From contig NC_087254.1 of NCBI RefSeq assembly GCF_037042905.1, positions 10,044,001 through 10,108,000 of the forward strand: a stretch of DNA of 64,000 nt. Reading direction: 5' to 3'. Each line of letters starts with the position of its first letter. Position 1 is the first letter of the stretch. This document shows, piece after piece, positions 24,049-37,453 of this stretch. This stretch comes from Lytechinus pictus. Its lineage: Eukaryota. The position numbers and the translations under genes were made by a program. The notes below the pieces were generated by a model that made no database searches, had not been told where the DNA came from, and worked only from the letters and a program-made list of their open reading frames with translations.

Positions 24049-25294
24049 TTAAAAGCAATGCCAAGTGAGGTCTGGCCCAAGAAATAAGAGCAACACTGGA
24101 CTTCATTTTGTCGACATCTTTATTTTGAGTTTAGTTCAGCTCCAAATATATTTTAGGTTCTTCAGCAGCAATCTACATTATATTTGTTGTTGAAAAAAAA
24201 GTGATGCTCATTAATTTATTACAGAAAAAAATAATACGAGATATATAAACAACAAAAAATGCATGGGGCGTCAAAAAATTTCTTGAAGATGAATGTATTC
24301 TTTTTATTTCACAATCAACTTTCTTTTGTCAGTATTTTTCATGTCCAGGGGCCCATTTCAAAAGTACTTTAACATTATGGCAACTACCATGGAAACCACA
24401 ATTATAATTGGATGTTGCGCCATATTAAAGACAAATTAAGTTATGATAGTTGTACCTCTTTATGAAACAGGCCACAGGAGTGTCATTGCCATTCTGTTTA
24501 GAGATGAAATTTTGTTTCTAACATTTTGTCAGATTTCAAACAATCCTAGATCTCTGTTTCCAAAATAAAACATTAGTCCAGAAACGTTCCGTCCAGTACC
24601 CATCATTTTTATTTTCACAGTAACTGGTTTCATGTATTGATATTTGATAGTGCATTACTAGTGATAATGTTAATACATGTATTTGCATGAACCAAATTTC
24701 TGTGATGTGCAAAATGCTCAACTTCTCTTATCTGTGAACAAATCCTGAATTTAAATTCAAGTATAATTTAAGAAATAAATATATTTTTAATAAATGGTGA
24801 ACATGCTCAGACGATATTTTCCAGATCTACAAAAGAGGAAGATCATAATCCTTCACAATCGTAATTTCTGCAAATTGAGACTGACTTGCAACTGTAACAA
24901 TGGGAGATGTACATTGGCGGTGGAAGCCAGAAAATAAAAAAAAGGTTATCAACTAAAAATTTAGGGGGGGGGCCGTCCCCCACCTCAAATTTAGGGGGGA
25001 CCTGTCCCCGCTTCCGCCGCCTATGGAGATGTCAAAGTGAAAAATTCAAGTGGAAATTAGAATAACACATTTAATGGTGTCGTTGTTTATAATACGATAT
25101 CAGTCATTAAAGTTGTAGATTTCCTGCAAATGATTTATTTCATATGGATTTATCATAAGTAATTCAGATGTAATCATATATACACCGCTTTTAATTTGTT
25201 GGTGATGCTGCATGTCTGACATTGCATCTTTTATGTTGAGACTGTTAACAGGTTGTTAGCTCTGGCAAACTACAAACCACTGTCCCTTTGTTAG

Positions 25295-27352
25295 CTAACA
25301 ATCGGATGAGTATTGAGTGATGTCAGAGCATAGAGCTATTAGCTTCATGGTCAGAGGGAATAAGATATCAGCTCTCTTTTTAGCGGTGGAGCATAGCAAG
25401 TTAGAGCATTTTCCGGTTAACTTTTTTTTTAATCTACGAAACATATTTGGATTCTTAAATTGTGAGATGTTTATAACATCAATAAGAATCGACTTGGAGT
25501 TAGATGACACAAAACCTTTAATTCCTATAGTAGTATGTTCAATGTTCAGACGACCGAAATTTAACCTCATAGCAATGGAGCTGGCATTGAGGTAACTTTT
25601 ACAGTGTGGGACAATGGGGGACAAGCTGGAGAAAAATTTATCTACAGTTATGTTGTCACCATGACTATCAGTGCTTTGAAAATACTGCAACATTGTGTCC
25701 TCGATTTGAAGTGAAGTTGGGACTTGAAGACTGGACTGATGTTGCGGACGTGCCTGAAGATGATGACGAGGAAGACTGACCCACGTTGTGGACAGATGTC
25801 ACCCACCATTCTCCCGCTCAGTTTCTTCCTGCTTGGTACAGGCTTCTCCTGGTGTGTCCACATCAAACACAGGATCCAAGATTGAACTTGTTCTGCTGAC
25901 AGAAAAATCATATGTTCAAATTTATTTCATATGTTTTACTCGTAATAATGAATACTAAAAAAAGACTCTCATGTACCAAGTCGATACAGTTTGTCTGTTC
26001 TTTAATTCATTAATATTCGAAACATCTTTAGTTTTATTTTATTATATTATATTTTTTAAGGGTAATTTTCTGAAGGCAAATGGCTCTCACTTCAAGGAAA
26101 TGCAACACCCATTAACCTGTACTATTTTACACAGGTAGTCAAGTACAAATATGATAAATCATATTGAATGAAAATGTGGATGTATAATTACAGGAAACGG
26201 GTTAATGTAAACATGAGAGAATGAGCCAATCATCAATGTATAATTCAAAATGATTTGTATAGTTTGTATGAGATCGCTCACATCCACCCTGCAGAGTGCA
26301 CAAAGTGCAAATTAATACCATAGCTGTTGCCCGACCGTTTCCTGTTGCAAGGAATTCCTGTCAGAACCCAGAAACTAAACCTGGGTTAAGTGCAGCACAA
26401 TATCAGAATTCATATTTATAAAATACATTTCTTTGCATGAATTCAAATTGATATACACATATTCTCTCTTCCCTGGGATAAGAAAACAAAATATTGAATA
26501 TCTTACTCTCGATTATGTATGTGGGGAAGTAGGAATTCCAGTGCCTCAGTGTACTTGTATTTACGTGCTGCATTTGAGGGAGCTCCGTCACCACTCTTCC
26601 TCTCCATTTCTGTCGTTTTTTAGGAAGTTGTCCCTCAACTCGCTACATCACCTTAAAATAATGAAAAAACAACACGAAATCTAATTCCTATAACCTCTGA
26701 AAATTTTCATTTCTGTTTATGACTCATTTCAAGCCCTACCCACTCCCCCCCCCCCCGAAATATTTCAATGTGAAATTGGACAACATGCTTTTGATAGTAA
26801 AGAATTTTGCCTCCATTTTTTTTTGCTTGTAAAAGTGACGTGATATTTATATTACGTATTTGAGAGGTGGGGTTGGTATACAGTTTTTAGTCCACATCAC
26901 AAAGCAAGGTCTCTTTCTGCATTTACATACCCTTGCTCTTGTGTCTCATTTAATTTGTTATTTTTTTTTTAAACACTAGACTATTTTACACATGTGCAAA
27001 CAATTTAAAAAATGGCCATAATGACCAAAACTTACCATTGGTATTCATTGAATTACAACAACCAGAAGTTAGCTACAGTTGTTAGATTGTGAACTTGATT
27101 TGCTTTCAAACATCCACATACAAATATAACTCTTTTACATTGTTCAATATTTTTCTTCAAATTGATAGTGAAAAAATCGTGAAGTTTGAAAAAAATTAAT
27201 ATGACGTAAAATGATACCAACCTGAGATTACAAGCTGACGCCCAATGTCATGTCATACATCATTGTTTTACTTCTGTATCCTTGAACATCTCCAATCTCT
27301 TGTCATACAGGATTGGATTTTCCTACACTTCTAGGATAAGGGCTTCCTCCAT
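25295..27352 (-). pseudogene. Spliced MADF (Myb/SANT-like) DNA-binding protein gene of the Harbinger element, decayed
   Basis: Exon 27361-27222: MEEALILEV*ENPILYDKRLEMFKDTEVK. Exon 26651-26507: LRDNFLKTTEMERKSGDGAPSNAARKYKYTEALEFLLPHIHNR. Exon from ~25895: TSSILDP..., later a BESS-like DKFFSSLSP. AG/GT junctions present; stops and frameshifts present. Confidence 0.8.
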
Positions 27353-28871
27353 GTTGGTTATCTGTCATGCAACACATTCCATATAAATTTTGTTAGCAAA
27401 TAATAATAATAAAGGTTTAAAGAATTGCAAAAGCGATTAGTGAAAGGCCAGTGCCCAATCAGCAATTTCTTACATTTACATTGTAACTGGCAGGCTTGCT
27501 GATCAGGGTCCAATTTTTATAATGCACAAATAGAAATTCTCCTAATTGAAATGATTTTGCTTAGTTGTAGAGAAAAGTGATCGTCTAGAAATTCCTTCAA
27601 GAGCTTGAAATAATAATTTTTTATCATTTGAAAAGTACATGTAAACATAGGGTCATGTTAAGAAAAAAAAAGATAGAGGCACAATTTTTTGCTTCCATGA
27701 GAGCCTATAAGCTAAGCCATATAATCTTTTTTTAGGGATGAAATGTTTGTTGAATAAAATGTCAGCAAATTATGTCTTCTCTGTATGATATACGTACCCA
27801 ATCACTTCAGCCCCCCCCCCAAAAAAAAAAAAATATTAATAATAATACTAAATAAAAAATAAACCAATGAAAAAAGAATGAAATTACACAAATAAAGCAA
27901 TCAAATTTTGGAACAGAAATGTGCAGATTTATGCCAGCACACAAAGGACATATTTCATATTGAAAAAGGGTCACTTTTGTTCTGGGGGATTTCTATTTCG
28001 GGCAAGCCAGTGCCAACCCAAACCCCTTCCCATCGCCCCACGATTGAGCTGCCCCTGGATAAAGGAAAGTGCGCTCATTTTAAAATCCTTTACATAATAA
28101 CAGACTGACAATTTTTGACAAACTAGAAACAATAACTGTTTTTAATGCAAGTTCTCTCCAAAATTATAGTAGCCTAAATTTAGTGACTAGGCCTAGACTC
28201 TATATTTCAATGAAAACAAGTTAATTAGCTAAGCCTATGACGTCATATGGGGAGGATTTAGAGTCTAGGTTTTTACATTATTTATTCGTAGGCCTAGTCT
28301 TTTCCAGAGAGTTTGTGGGAAATAACTAAGTTAGCCTTACTCCTTAGCCTAGGACTCCAAAATTCCTACTAGGGTCTAGATCTACTTTCCACCATTTGTT
28401 TCGATCTAGAACAGATCGACCAGAGGGTCCCACAAAAATATGGCCAAACTGAGCAATCGGTCTAACTTCTTTCAGTTCAGGCTACCCAAGTTTCACCACT
28501 CCAGATCCCCTCTTATTAATTCCTTGCCACCCTCCTATCTGCCACTCTTGCTGCTGACAAAACGACTCAGTGCCTAGCTCTCATCTATTATAGACCCTAC
28601 TACTAAAACTAAAGTACTAGGCTAGGCTAGTCTATATCTTAATAATTCATCCCGGAATTCATCATATTCGTTCAGAGGTCTAACTTACATGTACTAGTGT
28701 TACTAACGTTGGACCTATGTGTAGACTCTAGACTACCGAGGCCTAACGTTAGACCAACAACAGGTCTAACTTTTGTTAACGTTACTTATATAGGTCTACC
28801 TAACGTTAGATCTAACTATAACTATAAGTAACGTTAGGCCTAATGTTACTGTTAGTTAGACTCTAAGTTAA

Positions 28872-29298
28872 AGATAAATGACAGTTGTGGTAACGATTTC
28901 AAAATGAGTTCGTACAGTCTACAGAATCCAACGAAATTACCACCAAAGTGTCTGTTTGTATATATAAAAAATATGTGCCAAAGGATTCCGGAAGAAATTG
29001 TGTAATTGCTGAGAAATTAGCAAATAAGCACGGGATTTGGGTCAAGGCAAGTGTCGGGCCGACATTCAAAGCAATAATTTTTAATAGTACACTGTCCCAC
29101 GTGCGCTTATCTGTGTTGGTGATCTTCAGTATGAACATTTTTCAGCGTAGATTTCAAGATTTCACAAAGTTCAGTTCATGTAACTGTACCATTATACCAG
29201 ATCTAGATCCTCGATAATATAGTGACAATTAAGCTCGGTTTTACACACTTTCTCGTGAAATCAGTGTTTCCTGCAACTAGGCCTACTTTCATTTATCT
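28872..29298. mobile_element. TTAA-type non-autonomous element (inverted relative to the copy at 61211-61605)
   Basis: Aligns end to end with the reverse complement of 61211-61605; ttaa on the left, tcaa on the right. Confidence 0.85.
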
Positions 29299-29667
29299 TC
29301 AAGTCTAACTTTCTTTATTTAGTAATTACGTTAGGCCAGTCTAATTGATTATCGAGTCTAACATTAGGTCTAAGTAACGTTAGATCTAACTTTAGATGTA
29401 ACTTAGACTAGGATATTAACATCTAAGTTAGCCTATCTAAATTAGATACGTCTTGTTAGACCAAGTCTATATAAGACTAAGCTAACTTAAGTTACGTTAG
29501 ATCTTCGTTAGATCATAACGTTAAAGTCGTTAGGCCCTAGCCTAGGGCTAGGCCCTATCCCAGATTATTATTTCCGGCCTTATATTATTTGGCCTTATTT
29601 TCTTGTGCTCTACTTTCTGGGGCTCGGTTCTACAGTATGCGAAATGACACTTGTTCTTAATTAGTTG

Positions 29668-29880
29668 CTTACCAGACCAAGAATTGCAAGATCAAGTCCT
29701 CCTTCAGTCACCTCTCTTCAGGAGTTCAGCAGGTAATACACGTAGACCTACGTGTATGTGCGATTTTGCATTTAACACGTAAACTCCCATAGACTATCAC
29801 CGCAGGCGATTTGTCGCTTGATCAGAAAATATGTAGGCAATGACGTAATTTATCTGGACTGTGATTGGCCAGAAGTGAAA
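29668..29880 (-). promoter_or_regulatory. Putative promoter and non-coding first exon of the MADF gene
   Basis: Minus-strand donor G|GTAAG at 29673-29668, TGACGT (29841) and CCAAT (minus strand, ~29864-29868), next to the right TIR. Confidence 0.4.
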
Positions 29881-30406
29881 AAACCGTGTGCCGTGCTCTG
29901 AAAATGGCTTGCTGATCGATCTGCAAATCCGGCAAATTACGCCGTGTTGTACAATACGGCACGGCACCGTTGAAGTGGAAACAGTTTCATAGGATTTAGT
30001 GGGGATCGATTTTTTTTGCCGTGCCGGATTGCCGTGGTGCCGTGCACGGTCGCCGTGCCGGATGCGGTGTAAACGGGCCTTAAGACGGGGCCCTGATCTG
30101 TCCTCAGCGTGAGGTCAGGCGAGGTCGCACTCGACTGAGATCTGTCATCGCTGGGCCTGAGCGAGGCCGCACGCGACTGCCACGAAAGACTTTCCTTGTC
30201 GTTACGTAAGCGAAGCTAAGGATGGTCGCTCTTGAGGAGCGAAAGTCTGACCTCAGCTGGAAATGTTGGAAGGACGCTCAGGCAGAACGAGATGTAAACA
30301 TCCCGCAAACTATGCCAATTAAGGACTATGCGATTTATTAACAAGCTCGGAAAGGCTTTGCTCTCACTGAATACTGAGAATGTTACTGCAAATACAAATT
30401 CGTGAC

Positions 30407-30547
30407 TGTAGTATCGAACTATCGATACAGAGTGTGTTGATCGATAATCAGCAGAGAGATCGAGAGGTGATTAAAGAAACGGAACAATCAAAGTCAGATC
30501 AGCTGTTCATGTAATTTTGTTGATGGTGAACTTAATCAGTTATTATA
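30407..30547 (+). repeat. 5' LTR (141 bp)
   Basis: Direct repeat of 41124-41264, starts TGTAG, followed by the PBS. Confidence 0.95.
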
Positions 30548-32708
30548 TTGGCGACGAGGAGAAAATAAACCTACCACAATTTGAGAGATTTTCTGTACAC
30601 GATGAACCAACTACAGTTGGTTCAAGATCCCTTCAAGATGGACCATATACGTGAAAAGACTGGACAATTTATTCACAGCTTTCGCTATTACCGACGCGAA
30701 GCAGCAGCGGGCACTCCTCCTTCACTACGCCGGGCCGGAGGTGTGCGATATCTTCGAGTCTCTGCCGGACACAGGTGAGTCGTACGAGACAGCAAAGAGT
30801 GCTCTGGAGAAACATTTCTGTCCTCAAGTGAATGTTGAGTATGAACGATTCGCCTTTAGACAGTGCAAACAAAACGAGAGTGAGACAGTTGACCAATATT
30901 GTCGTCGCTTACAGCAGTTATCTTCATCTTGTGATTTTGTAAACAGGGATGCTGAAATCAAATCCCAGATCATTCTTGGTTGTCACTCTCAGGAACTTCG
31001 TCGTCATGCGCTGAGAGAACCACATCTGCCTTGGAGAAGCTCCTAGGTGCGGCTCGCGCTTTCGAGCAAGCCGATCGCCATGCCTCCATTATTGAAGGCA
31101 CAACGTCCGTCCAAGCGATTAACATTCGCTCTTCTAAGGTCTATCAGCGACAACAACAGTCGCCCTCCCAACATCAGTCTTCTAACACTACACGTCGCAA
31201 CTGTGGAGGTATCTTTCCGCATAGAAAGTAGCCTTGTCCAGCAAAAGGACAAACATGCCATTCATGTGGTAAACTGAATCATTTTGCGAAATACTGTCGC
31301 AGAAGGAAGGGTAAAACCACAGGTGATAAGCAACATGTTCAAGCTACCACGACGCACAGTGATCACCAACCTCAGAAGTCAGACCCTGTCCCTGACCTTC
31401 AACAGCAAAGTGAACATTACCTGTTTCATATTCAGGATAAATCAGTACCTGCTATGCCTAAACCAACTGTTACAGTACATGTTAATGGAACTCCCATTAA
31501 GGGAGTTATTGACACCAGGGCATCAGTCATGGTGATGGCCCAGAAAACCTACATTCAGCTCAAGCCACAACCACATCTGGTTGCATTATGTTCCTGTCTA
31601 TGGCTACGGTAGTAAAACACCACTTGATATTAAAGGTATTTTTTCAGCAACGGTTTGCTACAAGTCTACTTCTGTCAACACTACAGTTTATGTTACCTCC
31701 CATGATGATGACACGCTTCTGAACTTAGCGACAGCCACTGCGCTTGGTCTTATTGAGTTTACATACGCAACATCGTCAGCGTCCCCTGAATCGGTCTATC
31801 CAGATCGCTTTACCGGGATAGGAAAGTTAAACACTTATTGCTATCACATCCAAGCTGATCCATCGGTAACTCCAGTAGCTGTCCCACATCGACGTATACC
31901 GTTCCAAATGCGCGATAAGTGGTCAAGGAACTTGATCGCTTAGCTAGAGAGTGATATCATCGAGAAGAACACGCCTACGCCATGGGTTTCGCCCATCACT
32001 GTTGTACCGAAGCGTAATAGCGAAGCCATTTGCATCTGTGTTGATATGCGCAACGTCAACACTGCAGTCAAGCGAGAACGTCACATCATACCTACAGTTG
32101 ATGATCTTATTGCTACACTCAATGGCGCTACAACGTTCAGTACGTTAGATTTGAACTCGGATTATCATCAGATAGAACTCGATGAGTCCTCCCGCCAGTA
32201 TACCGTATTCTCTACACACGTAGGACTATTTAGGTACAAACGCCTAAATTTGGGATTATCTTCAGCAGCTGAAGTGTTTCAGCATGTGATCCAGATGACA
32301 TTTCAAGACCTACCAGGCGTTGTGAACATCAGCGATGATCTACTTGTTTTGGACCGGAACAAAGCAGAACATGACACACGACTTCATGAAGTCTAAGTGT
32401 GTCTTTAACACTGATCGCGTTGTATACTTTGGCCATGTCTTCACCGCCAATGGTATTAGCCCTGATCCTCGAAAGGTGGAAGCGATCCATGCAGTTGCGG
32501 AGCCACAGAACGTCTCAGAGATACGCAGTTTTCTGGGCATGGTAACTTACTGTGCTCGTTTCATTCCAGATCTCGCGTCAATATCTGCTCCTCTCAGAGA
32601 ACTCACACGAGCTGATGTGCCGTGGTCATGGGGACCGCCCCAAGCAGCAGCATTTCAGCGTATCAAGGACCTTGTTCTAAGCACTGTACCATGGGATACT
32701 TCAACCCA

Positions 32709-35700
32709 GCATACTCTTATGTCCAGATGTAATAACATTAAATTGCATTATACAACATATCCCCCCAAGTATATCTGTTTGGTTCAGTTCAATATCCAAT
32801 TTTAAACGCAATAGGTTTTGATGTGTTACCAGTTCATGCAATCAGCTTTAAGTCAGCTTGTTTGTATTTACTAGTCTATCTTCATATTACATGGTCAATT
32901 GGATGGGCTGTTTCACAAGTCTTCCTGAACGGGTGCGATATCCCTGCGTATTGTTAGGGTAGTGACCTACGTCGCAATGTTCCTCGGGAGGTGGAGAATT
33001 GGGACGCGCCTCAGGATAATTGGTGTTGTCATCATCAAGAGGGATAGAGGAGCGCAGTTGGCGGGTGATCACCCGACCATGTCGGGCTTGGTCTCGGATC
33101 CACACTCCGTCACCTTGCTGGAGTGTTGGTAGGATACGGGCTCTATGTCGTTGGTTGTAGTGCTTGGTCTGGTTCAAGCAGCACCTTTCTTCTTTCTCTC
33201 TCACATTCTCCAAGTCTTGTGCACTGACTTGTGGCATCAGAGTTTGGGGTATAGTGGGAAGGAGGGTCCGTAGTCTCCATCCCATAAGCAATTCACATGG
33301 TGCTAAGCCGTTCTGGAGGGGCGTAGAACGGTAACGCAGCAAGGCAAGGTCAATGTCATCGTTCTTCTTCAGCATGGACTTCACTGTTCTGACACCCCGC
33401 TCTGCTTCCCCATTGGCCTGAGGATATCTTGGTGAACTAGTGGTGTGGACAAATCTCTACTCCTCTGTGAATCGACGGAATGTCTCATTTGCGAATTGTG
33501 GACCATTGTCTGAAATCACAAGATCAGGTATACCATGTAAATACCATGCAAATATCTCTTTCAGAGACTTGATCACCGCCTCTGAAGTGTGTCCATGTAG
33601 CCGTTTTTACCTCGATCCAACGTGAATAGTAGTCCACCACAATCAGGAACACCTTTCCCTGATATTCAAAGAGGTCCATCCCTAGCTTCTCCCAAGGGCG
33701 AACTGGGAATGAGGATGTCATCAGTGGTTCTTTAGTCTCCTGACTATGGATGGCACACCTAGTACATCTAGAGATCATCTTCTCCACTGACTTTCAGAGG
33801 CCTGGCCACCAGACCGATTGTCGAGCCCTGGCTCTGCACTTTGTGATGCCTTGATTACCTTGATGTAAACGCTCTAGGATGTCCAATCTCAGAGCCCTTG
33901 GGAATGACTAGTCGTTCATCAAACAGGAGCAAGCCATCGACCACACTGAGGTGTCCTCTCTGTTCAAAGTACTGTTTGATGAGAGGGTTCTGGGGCATAT
34001 AGTCAGGCCAACCTTTCTCACAATATTCACTGATCAATGCACATTCCTCATCAAGCCTTTGTGCCTTTCTAATCTCTTCCAGTCTCTGGTCCGTTGCAGG
34101 TAAGTTGTGGGTAGAAGAGGATACAAATACTTCAGTCAGTTCATTAAGCTCAATGTCCTCAGCCTGTGGGAATGCTACTGGGGCTCTTGATAAAGTGTCT
34201 GATGTGACTTGTTGTTTTCCAGGCACATATTCTGTGGTTGCATTATACCTCATTAGCCTTAGTCGAAACCTCAGTACCCTCGGGGGCAGTTTTGATAGTT
34301 TCTTCGTGTTGAGTAATGCCATCAATGGCTTGTGGTCTGTTTCGATCTTGAAGGTCATGCCAAGAACGAAGTCATTGAAATTTTCACATGCCCAAGTAGC
34401 TGATAGAGCCTCCTTCTCTATGACTGCGTACCGCTGCTCTGTCTCTGTCACTACCGAGACGCATAACACACCGGTCTTCGGCGACCATCCTTCTGAGTTT
34501 GGAGTAGAATTGCTCCCATTCCGGTTGACGATGCATCAGTGGCGATTGTTGTAGGCAATGATGGATCATAGTGGGCCAGAACTCAGTGGAATCTGTCAGT
34601 ATTGCCTTTATTCCCTCAAAAGCTTGCTGTTGTGGTCTATCCTAGCACCATCCATTATCCTTCCTCAAGAGTGCACGTAGTGGCTCATTCATTGTGGAAA
34701 AGTTGGGTAGGAATTTTCCAACTTGGTTGACCATACCCATGAACCTCTGAAGTTCTGTGATGGTCCTCTGTGGTGGAAATTCTCGGATGGCTCTGGTTTT
34801 CTATGGATCAATCTGCACTCCTGTCGAATCCACAATGTGCCCAAGGAACTTCAATTTCTCTTGTGAAAATTCACACTTGTTGTTGAGCGTCAGTCCAGCC
34901 TTCACAAATTGCTGCAATACTGCCCTCACTCGAGAGTCATGTTCTGCCTTCGTAGCTCCATGAATCAAAACATCATCCACGTGGCAGATGACTCCATCCA
35001 ACCCCTCTATGATACCAGACATCGTGCGTTGGAATATCTCAGGGGCAGACGTGATTCCGAATGGTAGTCTATTGAAGCAAAACCTACCAAACGGCGTGAT
35101 GAAGGTTGTCAAGAGCTTTGAGTAATCGTCCAAAGGCAGCTGCCAAAACCCGCTGTTTGCATCCAATTTGGTAAAGATAGTTCCTCTACCTAGTTTGGCT
35201 AGGCTTTCGTCAACTGATGCCATTGGATGGACTTCACGCTCGACCGATTTGTTGAGTTGTGTAAGATCTACACAAATCCTGATTGCCCCGCTAGTTACCA
35301 TACCAGAACACCACTTGGTAGGCTCAGTGACCGGAGAAATTACCCCATGTTCTAACATTAAGTCAATTTCTTTCTTCACTTTGGGCAAAAGGGGATGGGG
35401 TACCCTCCGTGGTGTGTAGAGACATACTGGTTTTGCTCCTGGAGACAGTGTAATGTGATACTCCTGTTCTAGTTTCCCCAGTCCACTGAACAGTTGTGGA
35501 AATTCAGCTCTGAAATCCACCTTTCCTTCCTTTTCCTGTTCAAGTGTCTCCACCTTTGTCAACAGATTCAGCTATTCACATGCTCTCTTGCTAAGCAATG
35601 AACAATCTTGATTCCTGACTATGTAAACAGTTTCTGACACTTCTCTGCTTTTGTTTTGGAGAATTACTTCCATCTCTCCCAAAACATTTAGTGTAGTTTT

Positions 35701-36733
35701 CCCTGGTCCACATAGCTTTCGCCTTGCTGGTTTCAACCTTCTTCCATGAAGCCATTGGCGCTCATCTGACAGTACAGTCATCGCAGCACCACTGTCCAGT
35801 TTGAAGTGGGTTGTGTTTTCATCGACATCAACGTCTGCACTCCAATAATTCTTTCTGTTGTCTTGAACCTCTCCCAAGAAAACAGTTTCCACATCAAGAG
35901 AATCCTCTAATTCATGTACCGTGGTCCTTACTCCACTTCGGCAAACTGAGCGAAAGTGACCAGATTTTCCGCACTTGTGACATGTTGCATCTCGAGCAGG
36001 GCACTTGGCACGATCATGCCTAGATCGGCCACAAAACATGCAGCTCCCCTGTGTTTGATTTGCGAACTTCTCCTGGCTGCGTATTGGTCTGTCAGCTACA
36101 GTTCTTTGTCTTACTTGTTCTACTTGGGCAACATCCTGCATGCTTGATGGCTCACGATCACCTCGAACAACTGGTCTGTTCGCCTTGCGAGCCTCTGCCT
36201 GTCTGCTTACTTGGACAGCTTTCTCCAATATCAGGTCGTCCTTTGCCTGTAACTGATCCGACAAGCTATCATCTAGTACCCCCACAACAATACGGTCACT
36301 GATCAATTCATCTTTAGGTCATTGAACTCTTGGGCCAAGCCATATAAATCATTGATGAAAGCATCAATGCTTTCTCCCGGCTGTTGGCTACGTCTATTAA
36401 ACTTTGCCCGAGCAACAATTGTGTTCTTTCTGATGTTGAAGTGAGTTTCAAATGCTGCGACAACACTAGCGTACGTTGCCGTGTTTTCATCTATTCCCCG
36501 TGTCAGTATAATATCATCCGCGCAATCACCCATTGCATACAAAAACGTACTGACCTGTTCACCCTCCGGCTTCGCTGCGAGCCCCGATGCCGTCCGGTAT
36601 CGCTTGAATCTCGGTACCATTTCGGCCAAGCTTCGGCTTGATTTAGGCCAGCAACCTTCTCAAAAGACTCCGGCAATGGCAGTGATTTATCCATGATTCA
36701 CCTTTTTACCGCTGCCACCATATACAATTGGGT
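32709..36733 (-). mobile_element. Second Gypsy (Mag-like) inserted in reverse orientation into the host pol; LTRs mostly lost
   Basis: Minus-strand PBS TGGTGGCAGCGG (36720-36709), gag ATG at 36694, twin zinc knuckles CMFCG..H....C / CHKCGKSGHFRSVC, protease LDSGA, RT HVDD, RNase H, integrase, PPT TTGGGGGGATA (~32768-32758). Host ..GYFNP|KRQSEVIV.. rejoins across it. Confidence 0.92.
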
Positions 36734-37453
36734 AAACGTCAGTCAGAGGTTATTGTTCATGCAGGCCCACTTGGCCTCGGAGCGATTCTGGTTCAGCATG
36801 ACTCTTGTACGCAGTCAGTTATCCCAATCGCGTTAACTAGTCGCTCATTGACACCCGTAGAACAACGCTACTCGCAAACGGAGAGAGAGGCACTTGCCAT
36901 CACTTGGGCTGTTAGACATTTTCACATTTATCTGTATGGAGTATCATTCGTTGTGACAACAGATCACAAGCCTCTGTTTTCCATGTTCAACGATGCCAAC
37001 TCAAAGCCGCCAATCCGCATTGAACGTTGGTTACTTCGGCTGCAAGCGTACAATGTCAGGGTCCAGTACCACCCTGGAAAATTGAATCCAGCCGACTATA
37101 TGTCACGGCACCCGCGTCCTGCCCACAGTGAGGGATCATCAGCCGAAGAAGAAATCACAGAACACCATGTTTCGTTTATCGCAGCACACGCAATTCCAAA
37201 GACAGTCACGCATAAGGATATCATATCCGCAACAAGCACTGATGAAGCTCTTCAGAACTGTATGCGCGCTATCCAGGATGACAGCTGGGGTGATCTTCTA
37301 GCGTCTGCAGATGCAGCATTGCAGAGTGAGTACATGAAGCCTACATGAAATACGTGATCAACTTACCATAGCAGAAAATGGTAGCATTCTCTTACGTGAT
37401 CATCGCATCGTCATTCCACGCTCACTTAGACAAAGGCTCTCTTGCGTGAGAAG

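Larger units (their letters stand above)
21918..30080. mobile_element. PIF/Harbinger-type DNA transposon, 8.2 kb, non-autonomous, carrying a MADF gene remnant
   Basis: Perfect ~43-bp TIR AGGCCCGTTTACACCGCATCCGGCACGGCGACCGTGCACGGCA. TAA TSD at 21915-21917 and 30081-30083. Subterminal CGGCA repeats. Confidence 0.9.
21654..30095. mobile_element. ~275-bp MITE split by the Harbinger element (21654-21917 plus 30084-30095)
   Basis: Left CGGGGCCCTGTCTTACAACGAGTTACGATTGATCC pairs with the rejoined right end GGATCGATCGCAACTCTTTGTAA-GACGGGGCCCTG. Confidence 0.8.
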
